The notes: generated from the letters alone by a model not told the origin. 64,000 bases of DNA from Callorhinchus milii (GCF_018977255.1 NW_024704743.1:46502001-46566000), one strand, 5' to 3'; shown: positions 50,951 through 63,440, numbered from the stretch's first letter. A program made the numbers and translations.

Positions 50951-51279
50951 GTAAGAGCCTTTCTTTCTTTTGTTAATATGGTAGAACCTCATGTGTTTAC
51001 ACTTCAGAAATTATGCTTTTCTGAAAGTTTTGTAGCTCTTTCAGATGGAAATTAGCTGGAGATTATGTTCACTGGATAATTTCTGGCATTTACTAAATAG
51101 GATTTTATAGTAATAATAATGCTTGCATTTTATATAGCGCTTTTCACGTCTTCTGGACGTCTCAAAGCGTTTCACAGAATAGACTTTATTTTTTCACTGT
51201 TCAAACCATTTCTTCACAATTCTTGCATTTTACTTCAACCTATGGTACCTCCTAATAACAGCAGAATAGTCTAGTTTGT

Positions 51280-51680
51280 TGCCCTCCTTAAACAGCCAGA
51301 GTCCTCTGTATCTGAGTTCATGCAAGAAACATATAGAGGAGGGAGGGAGAGAGGGAGTGACTGTAACATGAAAATCTTATCAAGGGTTTCAAGTAACATT
51401 ATTTTTAATGTGGACAAAACGTCAACAACACAAGGTTGTGGTCTCAAACTCAGAAAGAGGAGGCTGAATAGACAGTTTAGATTTAATGACTTCATACAGA
51501 GAATAATGAACAGTTTGCCAGTGGAAACGGACAGTTTTAAGAGTGAATTTGGTCATGTTAAAACATGGAAGGAGATTGGGGGATTGTGAGTAAAATGAAA
51601 TTATATTTGAAAATGGGACAGGCCAGATGGTCTGCATGGTGTTTCCTAATCCTGTAAATTGCTTGTGTTCCTATAAACTG
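51280..51680 (+). mobile_element. Old CR1-type 3' end; similar remnants near 7800-7980, 9470-9620, 10770-10930, 12400-12610, 31270-31620, 44460-44750(-), 48210-48275
   Basis: acacaaggttgtggtctcaaactcagaaag...ttcatacagagaataatgaac, and the 3' motif gatgg(gc)tgaatggcct...tgtgttccta. Confidence 0.6.
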
Positions 51681-52091
51681 CATAATTTAATTTGAGTGTT
51701 TTTGGGGTCTTGCGAAGCACAGTATAGATTATTTTTATTGTAATCGCTGCTGACACCACCAACAGTTCATGCAATAAGACACAGCAGGGTTATATTTAAC
51801 TGTAAGGATCTCTGACCTCTTGTTGCTGGGTGTAAGACGATTGCTTTTAAGCGAGGCTGGCGTTGTAGGCAAGGACGGTTTTCTCAGTTGATGCTTGATG
51901 ACCTACTCAGCAAAAGGTTACATTTCAAAGTCCTCCCTGTGGTATTGCAGGACTGCGGGAACTGCAGGTTTTCCAAAGTTTCATTCAACACAACTTGTAT
52001 TTGTACAGTGCCCTTCACCTAAAATAATGTTTCAGAACACTTTACTGTGATAGTGACAGCCCCTAAAGTAGGGGAAAGTAGGAGGTGACCC

Positions 52092-52660
52092 AATAACAAC
52101 AAATTACATTTGTATAGCGCCTTTCACATCGGGAGGACTTCCAAGGTGCTGGACAGTCAGGGATTTGGACCCAAGAAGGAGATTGGGATCAGGAGGGAGG
52201 GAGGGTAGGGGTAGGAGGGTGGCCGAAGGTGTAGTCAAAGAGGAGGGTCTTGAGACGTGTCTTAAAGGAGGCAAGCGTCGGAATAAAGCAAAGGGACTGT
52301 GGGATGGAGTTCCAAAGGAAGGGGTCAATGAGGCTGAAGGCCCAGCTGCCAGTGGGGGTGGGGGAAGGCAGGGGATATGGAGCCTGCTGAGCGGAGGGAG
52401 CGGTTGAAATGGGGTTAGCGGGTCGCAGAGGTAGGAAGGAGCAAGGCCTTGGAGGGCTTTGAAGGTGAGGGTGAGGATTTTGAACTCTATCCTCTAGGGG
52501 ATGTGGAGCTAGTGGAACCGGGCAAGGGTGGGTGTGGTAGGGTCATTGAGCTTGGTGCGGGAGAGGAAACGAGCTGCAGAGTTCTGGATGATCTGCAGCT
52601 TATAGAGGAAAGAATTGGGAAGGCCGACAACAGAGAGTTGGCTTAGTCAAGCCTAGATGT
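52092..52660 (-). mobile_element. L2 3' fragment
   Basis: Tail plus gagctgcagagttctggatgatctgcagctt shared with other L2 copies. Confidence 0.85.
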
Positions 52661-55600
52661 AATAAATATAGGTGCTGTCAAAGTGCCAGGTTTCAAGGTG
52701 GGACTTGAAACTGGATCGATGTGGGTGAGATACAGGCATAGAGGGAGATACAGGGGTAGAGGGAGGGAGTTCAAAAGAAATGGTCGTAGATTTCGAAAGC
52801 TTGGATAACAATGGTGGCACAAGTAGAGCAGGAGATGCAATTGCAAGCAATTAAGCAACCTCATGACCAGTGCTACTTATAAATCTTGGAATACTGGAGT
52901 ACCAAAGATGTTCATATTACGTTTAACACTGCTTTTCTGGGAGGGTGGGTGGGGGTACACTTTCTAGGCATAGGAGCAAAGTTGAGCACAATTCTTGTAA
53001 GTTCCTTGGCTAAGCAAGATGAAAAATGAGGCTGTATCATTGACCCTTTATTCAGGAGTTTTCAAATTTAAACTTGCAGTATTAGGCAATGCTTATGTGC
53101 ACAGACTCATAAGTCATCATGCAATGTTCTGCTGGCCTCCACTGTTTCAACCCGGACAAAAATAAATATCAACCCTGTCACATTTACCAGTGAAGGATTT
53201 TGGGTCTGTGTGTGAGACTTTAATATACTCTGACCATCCCCTGAATCATCCTAGTAATACTGCAGCTATCATTGTGAGTACCAAATTGCTGAGGTTCCTG
53301 AGCACATGACTTGTCAGATAGATACGAGCTGAGGGCATAGGACTGCAAAGCTATGCAAAATATTAACACGGATCAAAATCACCAGTAACTGCACACCTAT
53401 TTGCACTGATAAAAAGGGGGACTATTGCACAGGATGGAATGTAAATTGTTGTTTTAGTATCAGTATGAATTAGTGGCCATTTGAATAAAGGTTACCGCTG
53501 CGCACTGCCAATACTTTATACTTACAAGAGAAATGGAAACATAATAGTCTTCACATCTGATAGAATGCTGTTCACGTGAAGAGGACATCTCAAAAGTGAT
53601 TTACTGTGAATTGGAGTGACTGGGTTTGTAGGTGAATGCAGCAGCCCACTAATGCACAGGTATGACTTATAAACAACCATGAGGTGAATGACCAATTTTA
53701 TTTGGGGGATTGTTGGCCAGGACACTGGGAGAAACTCCCTGCTCTTTTTGAAATGTGCCATTTATATAGCGCCCTTCACGTATGGTAGCAGCCCGAAGCG
53801 CTTAACTTCAAGCACAAATGGCCCTCTACTTAACATCTCCAAAGGGTGGGCACCTCCGACAATGCAGCACCTCCCAGGCACTGCATTGGAGTTTCAGCTT
53901 AGAGGATGTGAATTCCAAGCCTTGTGGAGCCAGATTGACACACGATCTTATCTTCAAAACCCTCAACCATTTTTCCCATTAGAGAACACAAAATTTCTTG
54001 CTGAAGGAGAGCTAGCACACCCACATACTATCACCAATATCAATAAAATATACACCAAGTACAGAAAGTGAATTTTTCAGCTGTGTGCAACTGGACACAA
54101 CCACTAGCTCTTTCATACAGCATGGCTAATGCATGAAAAGTTGTAAATCTACTGATATAACAGTAGTTTAACATCTGGAAGCATATAGCTAGCACATAGC
54201 AAATATCGTTGGTTAAGTGGTCCATTGGTCTAATAAAATCCAAGCTGTCGATTTTAGTCGGGTTCAAGACCCAGACCCACTTAATCCTTCCAGCCCTGTG
54301 GCACCTCTTTGGTTACAATGTTATGACAGCTTTAGCTGGTAATTATAAACAGACTGGTGTAATATAAGCTGCTTCAGGGGCAGACAGACTTCAAAACTGA
54401 ATGAATATGGGGCAGTTCCTCCCCATACTATTGTAAACAGGTCCTGTGGAGCAGCTTCCCTATTTGTGTTAGCTGCAGCAATCAGCATTCAAAAGGTACA
54501 ATTACAAGGGTAGACACTGATAGTTTGAGTCTTGCTTTTACGCAGCTAATAGTTACTGTGAAAGCACTCAGACAGGGCTTCTTTTGTAAGTCTGCAATAG
54601 ACTGTTTGTTAAAACATTAAAGACTACAAAGGATGCTTTCAAACATCCTCCAGACTTCCCATAAATACTGTAATAATCAGAGGTGGTACAGAGGAGTAAA
54701 ACTCTTCAAAACAAAACATTGCGTGGAAGCGCACTTTTGATTAATGCAAATCACATACTTGTCTATCAGGGCTAGGGGGACTTGCCTGGATTTCTATGGC
54801 TTCAAATTCCACCTCCTCTTACCCTGTGAGACTATTTTGTCTTAAAATGTAAGATCGCACAGACTTATGGAGAATTCAGTTTTAATTTGTAAGCCAGTTT
54901 TTCATAATAACTATGTTAATCAGCTTCAAAATGAAGAGTGAATTTAAAGATTTTCCACAGGTCTGTCCAATTTTAAGACAAATTAGATCAGCTAGATCTC
55001 ATGGATGGTGGAACGAGTGAGAGCAACATTTAGAGCTAAGTCAAAGCAGCAGAACAAAAGAGAGCACAGCACGGGTTCAAGTTTGAGTATGCAATTTTAA
55101 AGTGCACACCAGGAAGTATTTCTATACACAGAACAGCTGGAGTGGGTTACAAGGAAGAGTGTTAGAGGCCAGAACACTGGATTCATTCCAGACACAGTAT
55201 GGTGGGGATAATGGGAAGAAGGATGGCCATTCTGAAGGATGAGATAAAATGGGGCATTCTTCATCTTGTGAACTTGTGATTAGGAGATCTCTGGGATGTT
55301 ACACTGATGTTGTAAACCACTCGGAAGCTTTTCTGTTTAGATCTGTACTTTGGAAGACAGTGAAGAATGACATTACGGCAGTCACAGTGCGATAGGAGTT
55401 TGCTGCATTGTGACTTGCGTATGTTTTTCAGGAAGAGAGCAAATGCTGCTGGGCTGTCAATCAGAACTTCATTTTCGATTTTCATTGTTAAACATGTGAG
55501 CAGTGTGTTAGGAATGAAACGAGAAGGTCAAAAAAAAACTATCGGATGGAAATGAAAGTATTCCCTTGAGTGACACGTTCTCAGGGGTGAAAGTATCAAA

Positions 55601-56154
55601 TGATGACACGGCCTACATTTTATTGTGCATTTATACATTTACAGTGCGTTCTTCAAAACTAATGAATAGTATGTAATGGAAATTAAGTCAAAATCCTGCT
55701 CGCTTATAAGGGAGAGAAAGACAGCATGTGATATTACACTAAGTGACTGCTGGAAAAGAAGCTAATACAATCTCTGAATATTGAAGGAAGATGCAGTGTT
55801 CCTTCACTGCAGGTTAGAAGCAATCACTGCTCTGAGTGGAACTGGAGCTTAGTTCCAATAACAATTGCACCTGCTTCACTAGCAGTCAGCACCTTCGGGA
55901 GTGAAGGGGAGAAGTATTCTTCATTCTGAGTACTTTTTTCAAAGGTATTTGGCATAACTCCAGATATTTGCATGTTGGTAGTAGGGGCTTCAAATAAAAC
56001 CATTAACATGCGCTCCTAACAGTTGAGAGTTCTATAGTCCATGTGATAATTATCACAGCACACGTTGCAATTGTGAATTGAAGGACAAATATTGTGATTG
56101 TTTTTTTCTTTTTTTTTAGGTGGGTGGGTGGGGCGTAAAAACAATACAATAGAA

Positions 56155-56660
56155 ATACAATGACCTTTATGTAGTGCCTTTCACGTCCGATAGAGCTTGC
56201 CACTGCTGGTTAGGCATCCTAGCTGGGGATAGTTGCTGAAGGTGGTGGGGAGAGAAATGATGACTGAAAGTGCGGTCAAGGAGGTACATTTTGCATCAGA
56301 ACTTGAACATGGAAGGGAACGGGTCTGGGGGCATAGAATGGCTGAAAGCCTGCCCTAATGATGGAGTGGATAGGCTGGGAGACATGAAGCAGGCCAGTGC
56401 TCGCTGAGTGAAGGGAGCAGCAGGGTAGTAGGATTGAAGGAGGTCACAAATGTAGGGCGGGACGTGGAGGGATTTAAACATAAGAATGAGGATCTCGAAC
56501 TCGATCCACTGGGGGATGGGGCCCAATGGAACTGAGCTAGGATAAAGGGTGATAGACTTGTGGAGGCTGGTGTGGGAGAGGTCACGGGCAGCAGATTTCT
56601 AGGTAGTCTGCAGTCTGTGCAGGGAAGAGTTGGGGAGTCCAATGAGCAGGATAATGGCAT
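56155..56660 (-). mobile_element. Old L2 3' fragment
   Basis: PIPQWIEFEILILMFKSLH-like translation. Confidence 0.75.
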
Positions 56661-57188
56661 AGTGAGCTCCATCGATGACTGAAGAAAAAATGGTCACCAT
56701 AAAGCAGCAATCATTCCCATTTTCTGCGAATGCTGTCAAGATGAAGAGTGAAGGAATTGGAGTTTTCACTGGCAGGAAGTTTGCTACTGCGCATTGAGTG
56801 ATGACCCATCCAGTCCATGTGAATCTAGAGAGGAACAGTGAGGTTACAATAAATATGACTTAGCTGACAAAACAAAATAGAAAAAATACTCACCAAAACC
56901 TGTTGGGTTAAGCTGAACATATGTGAGTATGTCCATATCCATTTCCATACTCTGAATGGAAATGGATAAAACACCAGAGATACAGAGTTGATCAGCTCTT
57001 GTTTAACTGATGGTAGGACTCAGCAGCATTGGTTGAGAGTAGTGTCTGTGTCATTTAAATATCTCCAAGCATCTTAAGTAAGTAAATATCACAATAACTG
57101 CAGCAACATTGAGACCTCAAACTCACATGATGCTAAAGATCTACAATCCTCTCAAAGGTGGTTTGCTCTTACATAAATGTTACATCCT

Positions 57189-57520
57189 GGCAGCTTGGCT
57201 CAGTTGGTAGTACTAACGCTTCCGGAGTCTATGAGTCATATAGTCTAAGCTAACACTCCAATACAGTGCTGGGGGCATACTGCATTGTTGGAGGTGCTGT
57301 CCTTTGGATGAGATGTTAAACCGAGGCTTCTGTTCAGATGGATGTTAAAGATCCCATGGCACTATTCAAAAAGAGAAGCAAGTTTCTCCTGGTGTACTGG
57401 CCAACAATCTTCCAAATAAATGTTGTTATTCAATTCATGGCTGCTTGTGGGACATGGTTGTGTGCAAATTGGCTGCCGCGTTCCCCACAAAACACACAGT
57501 CATTTCACTGGGTTTATACT
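57189..57520 (+). mobile_element. Older tRNA-headed SINE with a Deu-type central domain
   Basis: ggctcagttggtag head; ggatgttaaagatcccatggcactattcaaaaaga...ttctcctggtgtactggccaac resembles the DeuSINE core (recalled from AmnSINE1/SacSINE1); 3' part shared with the tRNA-Ala SINE. Confidence 0.75.
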
Positions 57521-59520
57521 GTCGTTGGGGGGGAAGGGGGTTAACAGTTTTAGCAGGTTTTACCACAGTACTTTTCCAAATTGTAAATGAGTTGAGTCCC
57601 AGACATCAATCTGTTGCCCACATGAGGACAAGCATGGTTGCTCTTCAAAGCGTTCCTCTGTGAAATGAGGCACCACTGGATTGTGCCTGTCTCCCTGCAC
57701 CAACAAAATGGCTGTGTGGTATTTCAAACAGCTGTTAAGTACTTCAATCTCAGTTCAGGAACGTGCCGCTTGACATTTGCTGTATGGAGTTTGAGACTGT
57801 GCAGGTCCAAGAATCTATGCTGGTTTTAACTGTAGGGACCAAAGTGCATTTTATATCACCCACTTTATATTAAAACAAAAAACCCACTAGATTTGGCATT
57901 TGAGGTAAAGTGCATTTTGGTATTCTGTAATTTAATGATGTTGAACAGCCAATCATGTGAAAGGCGCAAAGTTTCTGGGCCATCTAGTGGATGAACCTGG
58001 GGTATGTAGCCCAGTGTAGTTGGTATGTGCCTCGTTTATATTACAGCGATTGAGAATGGCCCTCCAGCTTAAGTGATGGACATTGCTCCAGCACCATTCA
58101 TATTGTTTATACTTCATGTTTGTAAGCAGATCACTGTCTGTCAACATCACGGTCATTTGCAACCAAACCTGCTCTGTAAATCCATCATTTAAAACCTGAC
58201 AACCTTTCCCAAGACAGTTTAATAATTGTGAAGAAATTTCTATGGTAAACACACCACTTGCCTCAAAAATACTTTGTGGGTTTGAATGTAAGAATGGTCA
58301 GAGAAAAGGCCATTTGGCCCACCAACCCTAACCCTTCTACAGTCTATGTGCAACAAGTACATCCTGAACACATACCAGATAGTCGATTTTCTTTGATAAT
58401 CATTTTATAAATTCTACCTCCGTAATAACCTCTTTCATTGGACCAATCATTCCTGATAAACCCTCATATCACCCAGTATAAGTTCTCTGTTGTGAATCTA
58501 TAACCTATTAAAGGGCACCACTGGTACTTTTAATCCTTCCACAAGCTCCGCACTGAGCAATGCCGTCCACAACTGCTGCACCACTCATATTTGTGAAAAG
58601 AGAGCTGAGTAGTTAAAAAAAAACACACCGGTATTGTGACAACTAACTGAGCTTTTCAAAGTGTCTGAGTTCATCCAAGAATCATGGTATGCCGAGTCCA
58701 GTGCTGTTTCGAATACCTGTATCTTCAAATTGGAGAAGATGGCATTGCCTTGACTTTCATGTCTCTGTACAAACACATGAGGAGGGAGAACTGCCTGCAG
58801 CAGCAGCTTAAATGGAAGCAGAAAATGTGTTTTTCTGTTTCTGGTTGGGTTCCAGATGGAGAGCTACAAGAGGAAATTGCATGTTATGAAGCAGCCATTG
58901 CAACTGCTGGGTAAACTGAGAGGAAACTGATCTGTTGTGTTTTCTTCTGTTATCTTCTTGGCTTTCCAGAGGGGTGTTAGGCTGAACTTCCTGACAGTAG
59001 GATCAGGAAAGTCTTTAATCAGCATTATGGATGTTGTGCTTCTTTGCAGGCAATGGCTGAAAATTAATTGTAATATAACACTTTAAAGCTAAAAATTTTC
59101 TCATGGCTGGGATTCAAAATCTCAACCCTCACTAAAAGTAGAAAGGAAGATGGCCAAATTGCCAAAGGGTGAAAACATTTTCACAGAGTCAGGAGCTTTC
59201 AATCACTAACCTATCATCAAGGACAGTTTACAGTCAATAGTGTTGCTTATTTGTCCCCAGTGATAGTTAAAGTACAGAATATATAAAGGAGTAAACAAAA
59301 CGCAAAATACTGCAGGTGCTGGAAATCTGAAACAAAATCAGAAGTCGGTGGGACTTCCTCCAAGTAAAACGTGTCACTATGGGAACCCACATGGGTCCCA
59401 GCTATACTCATCTGTTTGTTGGCCACCTGAAACACTCTTTCTTCGGGGCCTACTCAGGTCCGCTCCCTGACCTGTTCCTCAGATACATCGACGACTGTTT
59501 TGGGGCTGCTTCCTGCTCTC

Positions 59521-60444
59521 AACAACAACAACAACAACAAGATTCCATTTATAGAGCGCCTTTCACGTCAGGAGGACGTCCCAAGGCGCTGCACAGTTGG
59601 GTCATGACCCGAGCAGGGGGGAAATGGTCAGGGTGAGGGGAGTGAAGGGAGGGAGAGAGGAGGGGGGAAATGGTCAGGGTGAGGGGAGGGAAGGGAGGGA
59701 GCGAGGAGGGGGGAAATGGTCAGGGTGAGGGGAGGGAAGGGAGGGAGCGAGGAGGAGGAAGAGAGTCGAGAGGGGAGCTGAAGGCTCGGTCAAAGAGAAA
59801 GGTTTTGAGACCGGCCTTGAAGGAGGAAAGGGAGGAAGCAAGGCGAAGGCACTGGGGGATGGAGTTCCAGAGCCTCGGGGCTGAGAGGCTGAAGGCCCGA
59901 CCACCGATAGTAGGGCGGTTGGGGCGGGGGACGTGGAGCAGACCGGAGCCAGAGGAACGGAGGGTACGGGCAGGTAGGTAGGGGGATAGTAGGTTGGAGA
60001 GGTAGGAGGGAGCAAGGCCGTGAATGGCCTTGTAGGTGAGGATGAGGATCTTGAAATCAATCCTCTGGGGGATGGGGAGCCAGTGGAGGCGAGCGAGGGT
60101 AGGAGTGATGTGGTCCCGAAGCCTGGTGCGGGACAGTACACGAGCTGCAGAGTTCTGAATGACCTGCAGCTTGTGGAGGGAGGTGGCGGGAAGGCCGGCG
60201 AGGAGAGAGTTCCCATAGTCCAGCCTTGAGGTGACAAAGGCGTGAACCAGGGTTTCAGCAGCGTGAGGGGTGAGGTAGTGCCGTAATCTGGCGATATTCC
60301 GGAGGTGATGGAAGGCGGTGCCAGTTGTGGTGCGGATGTGAGGGAGAAAGGACAGCTCAGGGTCAAACAAAACGCCGAGGTTCCTGACTGGCTTTGAGAG
60401 GTGGAGAGTGCAGCCTTGGATGCTGATGGTGTCAGCGCCTGACA
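59521..60444 (-). mobile_element. 5'-truncated L2-clade LINE inserted into the Penelope RT
   Basis: Uninterrupted C-terminal ORF2 (VRNLGVLFD...LVHAFVTSRLDYGNSLL...LHWLPIPQRIDFKIL...FKAGLKTFLF), a (GTT)n tail, and a CTCTC duplication at 59516-59520 and 60445-60449. Confidence 0.92.
59616..59757. repeat. 46-bp purine-rich tandem repeat, about 3 copies, in the L2 3' region
   Basis: gaaatggtcagggtgagggg recurs at 59621, 59667 and 59713. Confidence 0.9.
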
Positions 60445-61189
60445 CTCTCGCAGTGAGCTGGAAAAATTCATCAATTTCGCTTCCACCTTCCACCCCTCCA
60501 TAACATTCACATGGTCCATCTCCGATCCTTCCCTTCCTCGACTTCACCATTTCCATCTCAGGACATAGATTATCAACAGATATCTTTTACAAGCCCACCA
60601 ACTCCCACAGCTACCTGGTCTAAACCTCCTCCCACCCCACCTCCTGTAAAGTCTCCATTCCCATTTCCCAGTTGCCCCGCCTCCGCCTCATCTGCTCTGC
60701 CTCCACCTCTGCCTCATCTGCTCTGCCTCCGCCTCTGCCTCATCTGCTCTGATGATGCCACCTTTCACACCAGAGCAGTTGAAATGGCTTCCTTTTTCCT
60801 CAACCGAGGATTCCCATCCACTATGGTAGGCAGGGTCCTTGACCATGTCTGCCCTATTTCCCACAAATCTGCCCTCACCCCTTCTGCCTCTTCCCAGAAC
60901 CGTGATAGGGTCCCCCTAGTCCTCACTTTCCACCCCACCAGCTTCAACATCCAAAAAATAATTCTCCGCCTTTCCCATGCCAGCGCAGGAGATGCAATAC
61001 CTGCCCTTTCACCTCCTCCCATACCACTGTCCCGGGCCCCAAACACAGTTTTCAAGTGAGACAGTGATTTATGTGTAGCACTACCAATATAGTTTACTGC
61101 ATCGTTGCTCACGATGTGGTCTCCTCTACATTGGGGAGACGAAACACAGATCGGATGACAGATTTGCCGAACATCTGCATTCTGTCCAT

Positions 61190-61331
61190 AAGCTGCCGCA
61201 TTTCACCCACTAATATACAGTCAATTCAATTTACAGTCTATTCTGTGAAGCTCTTTGAGGCGTCTAGAAGACGTGAAAAGCCCTACATCAAATGCAAAGA
61301 TTATTATTCATATTCTTCTTATTATTATTAT
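61190..61331 (+). mobile_element. 3' fragment of the tRNA-derived SINE inserted in the Penelope endonuclease region
   Basis: gctgccgcatttcacccac...atcaaatgcaaagattattatt matches the SINE 3' half; Penelope-like sequence resumes after it. Confidence 0.85.
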
Positions 61332-62214
61332 ACGCACAACCCTGAACTTCCGGTTTCTTGCCACTTCAACAATCCCTCCCACTCGCACTCTGACATCTCC
61401 ATCTACGGTATCCTACATGTTCTAATGAGCCACAGTGCAAGCTCGAGGAACAACACCTCATTTATCTGCTCGGGACCTGTAAGCAGACCTTAAAATATTG
61501 ATTTCAATAATTTCAGACCATAACAGATCACCTTCCCCCTCCCCCTCTTCTGTGACGATTCTCACATCATCTGGGTCCCAGACACACCTTTTCTCTTTCT
61601 GGTCAGCCTATTTTGTTGCAATTGCCCCCACTGTTTTGCATTATTAACACCTCTTTAACCCATCATCCCCTGTCCTTCTCCTTTGTCTTCCTTGTCATGC
61701 CTCCCCCTTCTCTGTTAGCCCTTAAAAGCCTCTCCTCCCAACATGCCCCATGTTCTGCTAAAGGATCATGGACCCGAAACGTTGACTCATTTTCCTTTCT
61801 CCAAAAATGCTGCCTGACCTGCTGAGTGTTCCCATATAAAGGAATAATGCAAATCTGACCATTGCTTGTAATGAAACTCCGAAAGCTGGATCTCGAAGTG
61901 TTCAGCTATTTAGGCTGGCCAGGGTATTGTAGACTGTCTGGATTAGATACACACTAGCCAGAATAGATGTAGACTGTCTGAAATAATAATAATTACCTTT
62001 GATATAGCACCTTTCATGTCAGAAGGACATCCCAAAGCACTTCACAAGATATACTGTAAAGTGTAATAGACATATATATACATATATGTTTATATATATA
62101 GAGAGAGATAATATTTTATATGAATAGATATAGACTAGGCCAGAGATGGTGTAACAGAAAATTACAATATAAGAACAAAGGTGTGACAATTCTATGTGCT
62201 AACAGTGTTACATG

Positions 62215-62487
62215 CCTCCTGTTTGTCACTTGTCCCCTCCATTCTACCATCAGTGGCTGTGCCTGCAGCCACTAGGGTCTGAAACTCTTTCCCTCAATCC
62301 CTCTACCTTGCCCCCTCCCTCCTTACTTTCAAATACCGCCTAAAGACCTTCCATTTTTCGTCATGCTTACGGTCACCTCACCCCTCCCTCTCCCTTGGCT
62401 TGGGGTCAGACTCCACTACTGTCAAGCACCCTGGGACACTACCCAGTGTGAAGGGTGCTATATAATTGGCAGTTGTTGTTGTTGTAT
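62215..62487 (+). mobile_element. Old L2 3' tail fragment
   Basis: cctaaagaccttcc...gtgaagggtgctatataattggcagttgttgttgttg. Confidence 0.7.
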
Positions 62488-62738
62488 AGGTGGTTTTGTT
62501 CATTATTGGCACAATAATTGTAATGCCAGATGATTTCAAGAACTGTTTGGTGTTGTCTGTAGTGTGAGACAGGCATTGGCATCACTGTATTCATCAGGTA
62601 ATGAGTCGGTAACTCCAATGTTCATATATGTTAGGAGTAAACCAACAGAAATGGATCAATCACAAGGAACATCAGATGACAGGCATTGCAGAGCATGGTT
62701 GATTTTATCCATGTTACTTTACATGAACCCTCTAGAAT

Positions 62739-63440
62739 ACAACAACAACAAAATTACATTTGGGCAGATTTGGGATGACGGAGGGCAGAGAGGTAGGAGG
62801 GCGGCTGAAGGCACAATCAAAAAGGAGGGTCTTGAGTCGTGCCTTGAAGGAGGCAAGGGAGGGAGCAAGGCGAAGGGATTGTGAGATGGAGTTCCAAAGG
62901 GTGGAGGCAGAGAGGCTGAAAGCCCGGACGCCAATGGCAGGGCAGGTCAGGCGGGAGACCCGGAGCAGGCCGGAGCTTGCTGAGTGGAGGGAGTGGGCAG
63001 TTTGACAGGGGGACAGCAGGTCAGAGAGGTAGGAGGGGGCAAGGCCGTGGAGGGCCTTGAAAGTGAGGACGAGGATTTTGAACTCCAACCTCTGAGGGAT
63101 GGGGAGCCAGTGGACCCGGGCGAGGGTGGGGGTGATGGAGTACAGAGCCTGGTGTAGGAGAGGACTCGAGCTGCAGAGTTCTGGATGATCTTCTGGAGGG
63201 AAGAGTTGGGGAGGCTGACAAGGAGGGAGTTTCCATAATCAAGCCTTGAGGTGACAAATGCATATATGAGGCTTTCAGCAGCCTGAGGGGTGAGACAGTG
63301 GCGGAGTCAGGCAATGATGCAGAGGTGGGGAAAGGCAGAGCAGGTCATGGCATGGATATGGGGAAGAAAGGACAGTTGAGGGTCGAACAATACGCCCAAG
63401 TTCCTAACTGTCTTGGTGAGGTGGAGTGTGAAACCGTGGA
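62739..63440 (-). mobile_element. L2 3' fragment
   Basis: EFKILVLTFKALHGLAPSYLSDLL...LKTLLFD. Confidence 0.9.

Larger units (their letters stand above)
59295..61833 (+). mobile_element. 5'-truncated, decayed Penelope-like retroelement (RT + GIY-YIG endonuclease) with nested insertions
   Basis: RT motifs MGTHMGPSY...FLRYIDD (59379-59520), resuming at 60450 as SELEKFINFASTFH...RVPLVLTFHP. GIY-YIG remnant VYCI/CSRCGLLYIGET...RFAEH at ~61090-61185. Flanking duplication ATATAAAGGA(G/A)TAA at 59281-59294 and 61834-61847. Confidence 0.9.

Noticed and set aside
50647..50976. 109-aa ORF as a standalone gene
   Set aside because: Only 50871-50950 is RBMS3-like and it is bounded by splice sites; the rest is open intron frame
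58856..58910. Possible cryptic exon (ttccag|ATGGAG...CTGG|gtaaac)
   Set aside because: Weak donor, 55 nt so frame-shifting, and it does not encode the expected next RBMS3 segment (EPLLCKFADGG)
59379..59636. Poly-Q protein
   Set aside because: Penelope RT fragment read into the antisense (CAA)n tail of an L2
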